A DNA stretch of 27,487 nucleotides. Source: Planctomycetota bacterium. GTDB lineage: Bacteria; Planctomycetota; UBA11346. Location of the stretch: the NCBI GenBank assembly GCA_038231435.1, contig JBBRLJ010000057.1, positions 1 through 27,487 on the forward strand, in the 5' to 3' direction. The notes beneath the pieces were generated by a model. It had not been told where the DNA came from. It saw only the letters and a program-made list of their open reading frames with translations, and searched no databases. This document shows, piece after piece, positions 1 through 8,772 of this stretch (positions are counted from its first letter, which is position 1; every line of letters begins with the position of its first letter). Made by a program: the position numbers and the translations under genes.

Positions 1-191
1 GCCCCTACGGCCCTGCGGGCCTACCCCACGGGCTTTGTCGGGGCTCGATGTCTCCGCTGCGCTGCGACATCGTCGGCGGATCGGCTGCGCCGATTATATC
101 CGCCGACCGCCCCTCGGCGCCCGCCCCATCGCGGGGCGATGGGGCCCCCGTCCAACCCGGCGGCGCAGCCGCCCGGCCGCCGAGTCCTGGT
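1..191. repeat. Palindromic repeat family A, left copy (probably cut by the window edge); inverted copy at 27280-27469
   Basis: 1-153 is the near-exact reverse complement of 27318-27469, and similarity continues to about 191/27280. It contains nested hairpins and GTAG/CTAC motifs. Confidence 0.93.
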
Positions 192-296
192 CTGCGTGAA
201 TAATGGGCGCAGCCCATCACGCAGATTTTCTGTCCGCCCGGCGGACAGAAAAAAGGACGACAAAGGCCGTGGGGGGCCGGGGGCAGAGCCCCCGCA
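191..296. repeat. Hairpin cluster extending the left repeat
   Basis: Stem-loop 191-225 with a GCA loop; palindrome ttttctgtccgcc-c-ggcggacagaaaa at 226-252; 259-274 matches the reverse complement of 24-39 at 15/16; gggggc-aga-gccccc hairpin near 279-293. Confidence 0.7.
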
Positions 297-298
297 CA

Positions 299-1981
299 TC
301 AAGCCCGCGCGAAGGCGCGGGTCTCGGAATGGGCGGGCAGGTAGATGGTTACGGTGGTGCCGTTGCCGGACCCACTGTCGAGCTTCATGACTCCGTCGTG
401 CTGGCGTACGATGCGGCTGACCAGGCTCAGGCCCAGGCCAGTGCCTTGGCTCTTGGTGCTGAAGAAGGGCGCGAACACCCGCTCGTGCAATTCGGCGGGG
501 ATGCCGCAGCCGTTATCGGTCACGGTGAGCTCGATGGCCTCCGCGCCTAGGGGATTGTCCTGGGGGGCCGAACGCGCGACGCAGCGCACGTGCGGACGCT
601 CGACCAGTAGTACCGCGTCGATGCTGTTGTTGACCAGGTTGGAGAGCACCTGGCGCAGCTGATCGCCGTCGGCGTACGCGGCCGGGCAACCCCGCTCGAC
701 GATGGCCTCGAGCTGGAAACCGACCGGAAGATCGCGGCGGCGGCGGCTCAGGGCCTCGAGCTCCGAGAATGCCGGCTCGATGCGCGTCTGGTTGCGGTCG
801 GGCGCGCGCAGGCGCGACAGCGCGAGGAAGTCGCCGACGATGCGCGCGAGCCGGTCCGACTCGTCGATCATGATGCGCGCGAGCGCGGCGGCGTCGGCCT
901 GGCCTAGCTTCTGGCAGATGTCCGCGAGCTCCTGGGCGCAGCCGCGCAGGCTGGTGAGCGGATTGCGCACCTCGTGCGCGATGCCCGCGGCCATCTCGCC
1001 CAGCTGTGCGAGATGCTCCGACCGGCGCGCGTTGTCCTCGAGGATGCGCAGTCGTGTCTCGTCGGCGACCAAGAGCGTGCGCCCGATGCGCCTGCCTCCG
1101 CGTCCGATCAAGTCGGTGGCGCGCAGCATCAGCTGTCGCTGGTTGATGCCCTGGTAGCGCTCAGAGACGCGGCCCGGCTCGCGGACCAGTTCGAGCACCT
1201 CGGGGATTCCGCCCAGGATGCGCGCCACCGGATCCCCTTGCACGCCCTCGGGCAGGCCGAGCAGGCGCACCGCCTCGGCATTGGCATAGGCTATGGTGCC
1301 TTGCAGATCGACCGCGAGCACGCCCTCGCCGAGTTGATCGAGCAGTTCGCCGGTGAACAACCGCTGCTCCAGCACGCGCACCGCCAGCAGCTGGCCGAGC
1401 AGGTCGACGAGGAACAGCGCGGCGATCTGCACCGCGAGAAATCCGAGGATACGATGGGTGTCGACCAAGCTCGGCACGCTGGCGATGAATTCCTTGGAGA
1501 ACGGATGCCAATCGGCGACATAGAGGATGGCATTGCCGGCCATCACCAGGCTCGCGAGCGCCGGGATGACGAAGCGCGCGACGCCGGGGATCTCGAGGTT
1601 TCCGATCAGCACCACCGCGAACAGCAGCACCATGCCGAGCGACGCGACGCCGCCGGTGTAGTAGACCAGCAGGCCGATCCACAGCAGATCGAACACCAGG
1701 TGCAGCGACAACTGCCAGGGCTGGCGGACCAGGCCGACCGAGAAGATCAGCACCCCCGAGACCGCGGCCACTCCGAACAGCATCCAGTGCAGCGTGTCGA
1801 CGACGTCGCGGATCAGCTCCGGCTTGCGACCCTCGAACCCGAACACCACGATGCCCAACGCGATCGACAGCAGCAGCAGCCGCAGCAACCCCACGCGCCG
1901 CGCCTGCGGCCGAAGCGCCGCCCCCGGCTGATCCCACGCCAGGGTCTGCTTGTTCCGTATCTCGGTCGTCCCACGCGCCAT
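299..1981 (-). CDS. PilS-like membrane sensor histidine kinase (TM helices, PAS, HisKA, HATPase)
   Basis: H-box AHEVRNPL, N-box NLVNNSIDA, G1 DNGCG, F/G2 PFFSTKSQGTGLGL; hydrophobic N-terminus; lies downstream of pilC. Confidence 0.9.
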   Translation of the reverse strand: MARGTTEIRNKQTLAWDQPGAALRPQARRVGLLRLLLLSIALGIVVFGFEGRKPELIRDVVDTLHWMLFGVAAVSGVLIFSVGLVRQPWQLSLHLVFDLLWIGLLVYYTGGVASLGMVLLFAVVLIGNLEIPGVARFVIPALASLVMAGNAILYVADWHPFSKEFIASVPSLVDTHRILGFLAVQIAALFLVDLLGQLLAVRVLEQRLFTGELLDQLGEGVLAVDLQGTIAYANAEAVRLLGLPEGVQGDPVARILGGIPEVLELVREPGRVSERYQGINQRQLMLRATDLIGRGGRRIGRTLLVADETRLRILEDNARRSEHLAQLGEMAAGIAHEVRNPLTSLRGCAQELADICQKLGQADAAALARIMIDESDRLARIVGDFLALSRLRAPDRNQTRIEPAFSELEALSRRRRDLPVGFQLEAIVERGCPAAYADGDQLRQVLSNLVNNSIDAVLLVERPHVRCVARSAPQDNPLGAEAIELTVTDNGCGIPAELHERVFAPFFSTKSQGTGLGLSLVSRIVRQHDGVMKLDSGSGNGTTVTIYLPAHSETRAFARA

Positions 1982-2026
1982 TAGGCCTACCTACTCATGC
2001 GTGATGCGGCGATACTTACGCGGATC

Positions 2027-2144
2027 GTCAAGCAGCGCGAAGCGCCTGCTCCCAGCCCTTCCTGACCCCTGGCTCCTGGGGGGCAGGCCGGAGGCCGATG
2101 TTGGGGAGCCGTAGCCCCCAAACGAAGAGCCCCCCAACTAAGAG
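2027..2144. repeat. Palindromic repeat family B, copy 1
   Basis: Aligns end to end with 23905-24042 (agcagcgcgNagcgcc, tcctggggggcaggc, cgatgttgggg, ccccaactaagag); overlaps the pilC stop codon. Confidence 0.85.
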
Positions 2145-3358
2145 AGCTGCTTCTGGAGCTCGAGGATCGGGTAGAAGATCGCGAGCACGACCACGCCGAC
2201 CACTGCGCCCATGATCACGAGCATGATCGGCTCGATCAAGCTGGTCAGTGATTCGACGGTCGCGTGCACCTGCTGATCGTAGAAGTCCGAGATCTTTCCG
2301 AGCAGCTGCTCGAGCGCGCCGGACTTCTCGCCGATGCCCATCATCTTCACGACCATCGGCGGGAACACCCACGAGGTAGCCAGGTAGGTGGTCAGGCTTT
2401 CGCCGCGGCGCACCGTTTCGCGGGTGGCCAGCAGCACTTCCTCGATGACCACGTTGCCGGCGGTGGAAGCGACGATCTCGAGCGCCTGGAGGAGCGGCAC
2501 GCCAGAGCTCAGCAGCGTGCCGAAGGTGCGCGCGAAACGGCTGATCGCGACTTTCTGCATCAGCGGGCCGAACACCGGCATCTTGAGCATCACCGTGTCC
2601 TTGACCCGCTGACCGGGCTTGGTCTTCATCGCCATGATGTAGGCGATGATGGCGACGACGATGATGACGAGCACGGTGAGCAGGTTGTGGGTCAGCCAAT
2701 TGGACACGCCGAGCACCAAGCGCGTGATCGCCGGCAGCGTGGCGTGCAACGAGGTGAACATCTTCTCGAACTTCGGCACCACGCCGATCAGCAGGTAGCC
2801 GGTGATGCTGAGGATCAGCGCGAGGGAGATGACCGGGTAGGTCATGGCCGACTTGATCTCGCTCTTCAAGGCCTCGGCGGCCTCGAGAAAGTCTGACAAG
2901 CGGTTCAGGATGATGTCGAGCTGGCCGGACGCCTCGCCAGCCTTCACCATGTTGATGTAGATGCCCGGGAAGATGCGCGGGAACTTCGCCATCGCTTCCG
3001 AGATCTCGGTACCGCCACGCACCAGGTCGGCGCACTCTTGAAGGCCGAAGCCGAAGCCTTTGTTGGTCTCCTTGGTCTGGTCGGCAAGGATTTCGAACGA
3101 CTCGAGCAGGGGGATGCCGGCGCCGATCATGGTCGCGAGCTGGCGGGTGAAGAGCGAGAGCTCGGCGGTCTTGGCGCTACGGGACGGGGGGCCGAAGAGT
3201 CCACGTGAGGCGACCACCTGGTCGACGCGCGATACGTTCATGCTCTGCGACTTCAGCTTGGTCATCGCCTCGTCGCGCGAACCCGCCTCGAGGCGGCCTT
3301 TCACTTCCTTGCCGGTGGCGTCCTTCGCCACGTAGGTGTACTGGAATTTTGTGGGCAC
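2138..3358 (-). CDS. pilC: Type IV pilus / type II secretion inner-membrane platform protein (PilC/GspF)
   Basis: FTRQLATMIGAGIPLL, AGEASGQLD, AMTYP, GEKSGALE, SLIEP motifs; GTG start preceded by AGGGGG. Confidence 0.93.
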   Translation of the reverse strand: MPTKFQYTYVAKDATGKEVKGRLEAGSRDEAMTKLKSQSMNVSRVDQVVASRGLFGPPSRSAKTAELSLFTRQLATMIGAGIPLLESFEILADQTKETNKGFGFGLQECADLVRGGTEISEAMAKFPRIFPGIYINMVKAGEASGQLDIILNRLSDFLEAAEALKSEIKSAMTYPVISLALILSITGYLLIGVVPKFEKMFTSLHATLPAITRLVLGVSNWLTHNLLTVLVIIVVAIIAYIMAMKTKPGQRVKDTVMLKMPVFGPLMQKVAISRFARTFGTLLSSGVPLLQALEIVASTAGNVVIEEVLLATRETVRRGESLTTYLATSWVFPPMVVKMMGIGEKSGALEQLLGKISDFYDQQVHATVESLTSLIEPIMLVIMGAVVGVVVLAIFYPILELQKQLS

Positions 3359-3525
3359 GTCTGAACCCCCTGGTGCCAGCTAGTATGGATCAAAAGCCAC
3401 GAGTCCACAAGGAGCTCATTGGCCAGCGGTGGAGGCTTTGGCCACACACGGCCCGCAGAACCTCCTGGTAAGGGCGCGCAGCGGGACGGGGATGGCGCCG
3501 GCCGCCGTTTCGCGAGCATGCCCCG

Positions 3526-4716
3526 GTGCCCACGCCGCTCCCATACGTGACCATCGACCCCCGTCAGAAGCACCGCGCGCTGCGCGGACACTGCTGGGTC
3601 TTCCGCAGCGAGTTCGGACCGATCACCGGCGAGCCTGGAGATGGCGAGCCCATCGAGGTGCGCGATCGGCAGGGACGCGTGCTCGGCGTCGGCCTTTACA
3701 GCGCGCGCTCGCAGATCGCCATCCGCCTGCTCACCCGCGACTCCGGGGTGGCGCTCGATCGCGAGTTCTTCCGCCAGCGCCTGCGCCAGGCGATCGCGCT
3801 GCGAGACCGCATCATGCCCGGCCGTCCGGCGCGGCGGCTGGTCAGCAGCGAGGCCGACCTCCTGCCCGGCTTGATCGTCGACCAGTACGGCAGCTCGCTG
3901 GTGGTCCAGGCGACCACCGCCGGCATGGATGCGCGTCTCGCCATGTGGGTCGAGCTGCTCGCCTCGGAAGTGCATCCCGAGCAGATCGTCGAACGAAACG
4001 ATCTTTCGGTACGTCGCCACGAGGGCCTGCCCGAACGGACGGGCGTGCTGCTGGGGCCGGCCGAGACGCGCCTGCGCGTGCGCATGGGCCGCTGTGACAT
4101 CGAGATCGATCTGCTGGATCCGCACAAGACCGGCTCGTACCTCGATCAGCAGCTCAACCACGAGGCCTGCGCGCGCTGGACCGCACCTGGCGCGCGGGTG
4201 CTCGATTGCTTCAGCCACCTCGCGGGCTTCGGCATCCACGCGCTGCTCGCCGGTGCGCGCGAAGCGGTGGCGGTGGACAGCGCCGAGGCCTCGATCGCCG
4301 GAGCGCGGCGCGCGGCCGAGCTCGCCGGCGTCGGCGATCGCCTGGTCACGCATTGCGCCAATGCCTTCGACCACCTGCGCTCCGCCGACGACGCGCGCGA
4401 ACGCTACGACCTGGTGATCCTCGATCCGCCCTCATTCACGCGCAGCAAGGATACGGTCGACGGAGCCCTGCGCGGATACAAGGAGATCCACCTGCGCGGC
4501 CTGCAGCGCCTCGGCCCGGGCGGAACCCTGGTGACCTTCTCGTGTTCGCACCACATCCCGGCCGAGATGTTCGTCGATAATGTCCTCGATGCCGCGATCG
4601 ACGCGCGCAAGACGCTGCGCCTGGTCGAACGCCTCGCCGCCAGCCCCGACCATCCGGTGCTGCCCGCTATCCCAGAGACGGAATACCTGAAGGGCTTCGT
4701 GTTCGAGGTGGTGTGA
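3526..4716 (+). CDS. rlmI: RlmI-family SAM-dependent rRNA methyltransferase
   Basis: GHCWVF PUA-like start, SEADLLPGLIVD, HKTGSYLDQ, VLDCFS, VILDPPSF, FSCSHH, ETEYLK. Confidence 0.88.
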   Translation: MPTPLPYVTIDPRQKHRALRGHCWVFRSEFGPITGEPGDGEPIEVRDRQGRVLGVGLYSARSQIAIRLLTRDSGVALDREFFRQRLRQAIALRDRIMPGRPARRLVSSEADLLPGLIVDQYGSSLVVQATTAGMDARLAMWVELLASEVHPEQIVERNDLSVRRHEGLPERTGVLLGPAETRLRVRMGRCDIEIDLLDPHKTGSYLDQQLNHEACARWTAPGARVLDCFSHLAGFGIHALLAGAREAVAVDSAEASIAGARRAAELAGVGDRLVTHCANAFDHLRSADDARERYDLVILDPPSFTRSKDTVDGALRGYKEIHLRGLQRLGPGGTLVTFSCSHHIPAEMFVDNVLDAAIDARKTLRLVERLAASPDHPVLPAIPETEYLKGFVFEVV

Positions 4717-4758
4717 GGGCGGTGCGGTTTCTTCCCAAAACACCACACACCAGATACT

Positions 4759-5049
4759 TCACCTAGCCACCAGCGTGATCGCCCCCTCGGGACATGCCTG
4801 GACACATAGTCCGCACGCGTGGCAGGCGTCCGCGCGGGCCGCCACCGCCTGCTTGCCGCCGTGCGCGAACAGCTTCACCCGCGCGAGGAAACCCATGCCG
4901 TCCTTCTCCGGGGTGGAGAGCGCGCGCACATCGAAGACCTGGTACGGACAGACGCGCACGCAATCGGCCTTGGCTTCGCAGCGCGATCTGTCGATCACCG
5001 GCACGGTGATGCCGGGCTGGTCGGCGCACGGCGTGCTCGGATCGGCCAT
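4759..5049 (-). CDS. Dicluster ferredoxin-like protein (96 aa)
   Basis: CEAKADCVRVCP and CHACGLCVQACP motifs; start set at the ATG (5049) 8 bp after the upstream stop. Confidence 0.88.
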   Translation of the reverse strand: MADPSTPCADQPGITVPVIDRSRCEAKADCVRVCPYQVFDVRALSTPEKDGMGFLARVKLFAHGGKQAVAARADACHACGLCVQACPEGAITLVAR

Positions 5050-5057
5050 GCGCGATC

Positions 5058-6038
5058 CTAGACTCCGACGGCGGCCTCGTCCACGGCCGGTTCGGCGCAT
5101 GCGCCGTCGGCCTGCTCGCGCCGCGCCGAGCGCGTCTCGGCGGCCGCCGCGCGCACCACGCTCCATTCGCCCTGGTGCCATTCGAGCGACGACATGCTGT
5201 CGACCCAATCGCCGGAATTCAGGTACTGCACGCTGGCGGCGCCATGGGGGTCGGGGCGGATGGTACGGTGGTTCGGGAAGTGGATGTGGCCAGTGACGAT
5301 GGTGTCGAATCCACGCTCGGCGGCGATGCGCGCGCAGGTGTCCTCGTAGCGCGCGATGTGCGCGAGCGCTTTCTTGAAACGCTTGACGAAACGCACCAGC
5401 GACGGCGGCCTGGCGCCGATGCCACGCCCGATCTCGGTGGCTCGGCGATCGATGCCGCGCAGCGCATGGTACACCACGCAGCCGATCGAACGCAGCAGCC
5501 GCGGCGTCTTCATGGTCTCCTCGATAGCGTCGCCGTGCACGATCCAGGTGCGCTTGCCGGCGAGGGTGCGCTCGAGCGCGTCGACCAGGTGCAGATTGCC
5601 GGAGCGGTACAGCGAGAACGGCCGTAGCACCTCGTCGTGGTTGCCAGTGACGTAATAGACCGGCACGCCCGCGTCGGCGAATGCCAGGATCCGACGTACC
5701 ACTTCGCCATGGGATTCTGGCCAATAGCCCTTGTGGATCTCGCGCAGGTCGAGGATGTCGCCGTTGAGCACCAGTTCGCTGGGACTGATGCCGTCGAGGT
5801 AGCGGACCAGGGATTCGGCCTTGCAGGATCGGGTGCCGAGATGGACGTCGGAGAGCACCACCAGATCCACCGCGCGACGCCGCTCGCCGAGCGGCTGCAT
5901 GGCAGCTGGCGTGAAGGCCCGCGCCATGGCCAGGAAGCCCTCGATCGCGCGGGCTCCTGCTTGGCGACTGCGCGCGGTGTCGTTGGCCGCCTGTCCACCG
6001 GCTTCTGATGAGGCCTCATCGGCGGCGATGGCATCCAT
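5058..6038 (-). CDS. Calcineurin-like metallophosphoesterase, UDP-2,3-diacylglucosamine diphosphatase (LpxH-like) family
   Basis: SDVHLG, NGDILD, GNHD, HGD, GHIH, NSGDW motifs; start uncertain (several Met codons between 5900 and 6128). Confidence 0.85.
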   Translation of the reverse strand: MDAIAADEASSEAGGQAANDTARSRQAGARAIEGFLAMARAFTPAAMQPLGERRRAVDLVVLSDVHLGTRSCKAESLVRYLDGISPSELVLNGDILDLREIHKGYWPESHGEVVRRILAFADAGVPVYYVTGNHDEVLRPFSLYRSGNLHLVDALERTLAGKRTWIVHGDAIEETMKTPRLLRSIGCVVYHALRGIDRRATEIGRGIGARPPSLVRFVKRFKKALAHIARYEDTCARIAAERGFDTIVTGHIHFPNHRTIRPDPHGAASVQYLNSGDWVDSMSSLEWHQGEWSVVRAAAAETRSARREQADGACAEPAVDEAAVGV

Positions 6039-6209
6039 GGCAGACACGGCACACATGGCAGATGCGGTTCGCATGCGTCGGTCTCCGGGCCCGGTAGGAG
6101 CCGGCAGTCTAGCGACGAGCATCGCCAAATCCGCAGAAATCTGCGCTCGGAGGACGCTCGGAGACCGAACGTTGCATGCGGGTTGGGTAGGCGTTGCTGA
6201 GAACGAGGA

Positions 6210-6611
6210 CTAGGGCGCGGCGAGATCGACGCGGTGCTCCGTCCCCGCCACCGTGACACGATCGCCGGCGAAAAGCTTTCGTCCGGGACGAGCCTCGGCC
6301 TCGCCATTGACCTTGGCGATGCCTGAACGTGCCATCGCCTTCGCTTCACCGCCGCTGCCCGCCGCTTGGATCTTCTTGAGGAACTGGGCGAGCGTGATGT
6401 AGGGCCGGCCGTCGCCGGCGACCTGGGGCGTCGGCGACTTGGCTGGATCGCTCGCGGTCGCCGCGTCGCCTGCTTCCTGCGCCGGTCCTGTCGTCAGCTT
6501 GAGCGCCTGCTTGAGCGCCTGCTTCTGCTGGTGCTTGAGCGGATGCTTCACGGCGTGCCGCGGCTGGCCCTTGCCGAGCGGATGGTCGGGCCGATTCGGT
6601 GCGTCGCTCAT
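6210..6611 (-). CDS. S4-domain RNA-binding protein (YaaA/YbcJ-like) with low-complexity N-terminal extension
   Basis: ITLAQFLK...SGGEAK...VNGEAEARPGRKL..GD; ATGA overlap with the upstream kinase stop. Confidence 0.85.
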   Translation of the reverse strand: MSDAPNRPDHPLGKGQPRHAVKHPLKHQQKQALKQALKLTTGPAQEAGDAATASDPAKSPTPQVAGDGRPYITLAQFLKKIQAAGSGGEAKAMARSGIAKVNGEAEARPGRKLFAGDRVTVAGTEHRVDLAAP

Positions 6612-7672
6612 GCCCACGCGTCCAGGTAGCCCTTCACGCCCAGCCAGCCTTCGCGCGGCACTTGCGCGCCCTTGACCTGGACCACTGCCGCGCCGGCGAG
6701 CGCGCCGATCTTCCCGCATTCGATCAGCGGCAGCCCACGCAGATGGCCCGCCAGGAATCCTGCGGCCCAGCAATCGCCGGCCCCGGTGGTGTCGATGGCC
6801 TCGACCATCTCGGCGGCGACGTGCACGCGCTCGGAGCCCCGCGCCATCAGCGCACCGTCCTTGCCGAGCTTGACCACCGCCACCGGGACGCGGCTGGCGA
6901 ACTCGGCCAGGGCGGCCTCGGCTCCGGCGGGATTCCACACCTTCGCTTCGTCCTGGTTGGCGAACACCAGATCGACGAAGCCGTCGAGGAGCTCGGCGAT
7001 CACCGCGCGATTCGCCTGGATCACCTCGAACGAGGCGAGATCGAGCGCGAGCTCGCAGCCGGCCTCCTTGGCCGCGCGCGCCACCGCGCGAGTCAGCGTC
7101 TGGTTGAACAGGGTGTAGCCCTCGAGCATCACCAGCTTCGCGCCGGCGAAGGTCTTCGGCGTGAAGAACGCCGGGTCGAGCGCCGCGGCCGCGCCCAGGC
7201 AGGTGCGCATGGTGCGCTCGGCATCGGGGGTCACCAGGCTGAGCACGCGGCCGGTGGGTAGCTCGGGATGATCGATCAGGCGCGGCTCGCAGCCCTGGGC
7301 CTTGAGCGCGCCACGGTAGAACTCGGCATAGTCATCGCCACCGCACGAGCCGATGAAGGCGCTGCGGATGCCGAGATTGGCTGCGCCTACGGTGGTATTC
7401 GAGGCAGCTCCGCCAGCCGCCATCACCGGAGTGATGTCGCCGCGCTCGATGATCCCCGCGATCACGCTCGCATCGACCAGCTGCATGCCACCCTTCACGC
7501 CCTCGACGTGCTTGGCCAGGAACTTCTCGTTCACCGTCACCACCAGGTCGACCAGGGGTGAACCCACTCCGATCAGCTCGGGCATGGCCACGGCCTGGGG
7601 GACGCCTGGAACCAGCGTGTCCGGACCGGCGGAGGCGGCGGAGGAATCGACGGATACAGGGGCTGCGTCCAT
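6608..7672 (-). CDS. PfkB-family carbohydrate/adenosine kinase
   Basis: GGAASNT, ERTMRTCLGAA, FANQDEA, DTTGAGD; alternative start at 7585. Confidence 0.92.
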   Translation of the reverse strand: MDAAPVSVDSSAASAGPDTLVPGVPQAVAMPELIGVGSPLVDLVVTVNEKFLAKHVEGVKGGMQLVDASVIAGIIERGDITPVMAAGGAASNTTVGAANLGIRSAFIGSCGGDDYAEFYRGALKAQGCEPRLIDHPELPTGRVLSLVTPDAERTMRTCLGAAAALDPAFFTPKTFAGAKLVMLEGYTLFNQTLTRAVARAAKEAGCELALDLASFEVIQANRAVIAELLDGFVDLVFANQDEAKVWNPAGAEAALAEFASRVPVAVVKLGKDGALMARGSERVHVAAEMVEAIDTTGAGDCWAAGFLAGHLRGLPLIECGKIGALAGAAVVQVKGAQVPREGWLGVKGYLDAWA

Positions 7673-7825
7673 GGGCGGCGGAGGATAGGCGTGGAGGGGC
7701 GTGGAGGAATGGCGAAAGCGCTCCGACGCCTGCGCCCGATCAGCCCGGGCGACCTACCTCACACACCCCCTACCCTCGGCGCCCACGCTACTTGGGGCCA
7801 TTGCCTGCGCTGGTAGCGTGCGCGG

Positions 7826-8734
7826 ATGCGCCTGATCACCGTCGCCCGTCCCGCCGGCCTCGCCCTGTGTCTGGGATGCCTCGCGCTGTGCTGCGGACTC
7901 TCCCCAGCGGTCGCCGTCGCCGAAGACCTCGACGAAGCCAAGATCCTGGCCGCCGCCCGCGGCGCCGACGACCTCTACCAGCGCCACCTCGTCGAACTGT
8001 CCACCCGCCTGCAGTCGGATTCGCTCGACGATCGCCTGCTCGCCATCGGCACCCTCGGCCGTCTCGACGATCCGGATTGCGTGCCGCTGCTGCTGCCGTT
8101 CATCGAATCGACCAAGTCGACGCCCGAGATCGTGGCCGCTGCCGCAGCGCTCGGCCATCTCGGCAACATCGCCGCCTCGCCTGGCCTGCGCAACCTGCTC
8201 GCCAACGACAACGATCCCGAGGTGCGCATCGCAGCGCTCAACGCCATGGATCAGCTCAAGGCGAGCCAGGCGGCCGACTACGTGCCCAAGGTCAAGGATC
8301 CGGAACCCACGCTCAACGGCAGCGCGCTGACCAACCTCGGTACCCTCGCCCACCAGCCCGCCGCCGAGACCCTCGCGTTCGCGCTCGCCCACGATTCGCG
8401 CGCGGTGATCCGCCGCATGTGCGCGATCGGTCTCGGCAAGATGGGCGACCGCCTGCAGGGGCCCAATCTCCAAGACGCCCTCGGTGACTCCGACCCCGGC
8501 GTGCGCCGTTACGCCGCAGAGGCGCTGGTGAAGCTGAACTACACGCCCGCCATCCCCTACCTGCTGATGGCCATGGAAGGCAACATCGCCGGCGGCCACA
8601 TCAACCGCTGCTTGCAGCTGCTCTCGAAACAGGATTTCGGCTTCGACTGGCGCGCCAACGAGCTCGCACGCAAGGAAGCGGTCGAGCGGGGCTTCAAATG
8701 GTGGACTGACAACGCCGGCGAGCTCGCGCACTGA
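7826..8734 (+). CDS. Exported HEAT-repeat protein
   Basis: Signal-peptide-like N-terminus (AVA|AE); repeated D-x-x-x-VR-x-AA-x-AL units; GC3-rich codon usage. Confidence 0.85.
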   Translation: MRLITVARPAGLALCLGCLALCCGLSPAVAVAEDLDEAKILAAARGADDLYQRHLVELSTRLQSDSLDDRLLAIGTLGRLDDPDCVPLLLPFIESTKSTPEIVAAAAALGHLGNIAASPGLRNLLANDNDPEVRIAALNAMDQLKASQAADYVPKVKDPEPTLNGSALTNLGTLAHQPAAETLAFALAHDSRAVIRRMCAIGLGKMGDRLQGPNLQDALGDSDPGVRRYAAEALVKLNYTPAIPYLLMAMEGNIAGGHINRCLQLLSKQDFGFDWRANELARKEAVERGFKWWTDNAGELAH

Positions 8735-8772
8735 GACGTGCGCGAGTCGCGCGCTGCGTGCGCGCGACCGGC

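Noticed and set aside
226..254. Palindrome as an intrinsic terminator for the kinase
   Set aside because: On both strands the T-run precedes the stem and an A-run follows it, which is the wrong polarity.
5..302. Short ORFs in the terminal repeats (also 27142-27450) that share peptide sequence
   Set aside because: The similarity simply reflects translation of the DNA repeat; there are no protein motifs.
974..1984. Long antisense or alternate-frame ORFs here and throughout (e.g. 8893-10251, 10373-11854, 21009-22820)
   Set aside because: These are shadow ORFs expected in high-GC coding DNA; each overlaps a gene with clear family motifs.
6497..6524. 12-bp tandem duplication in the S4 gene (KQAL repeated)
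   Set aside because: It is in frame and in a low-complexity extension, with no sign of phase variation.
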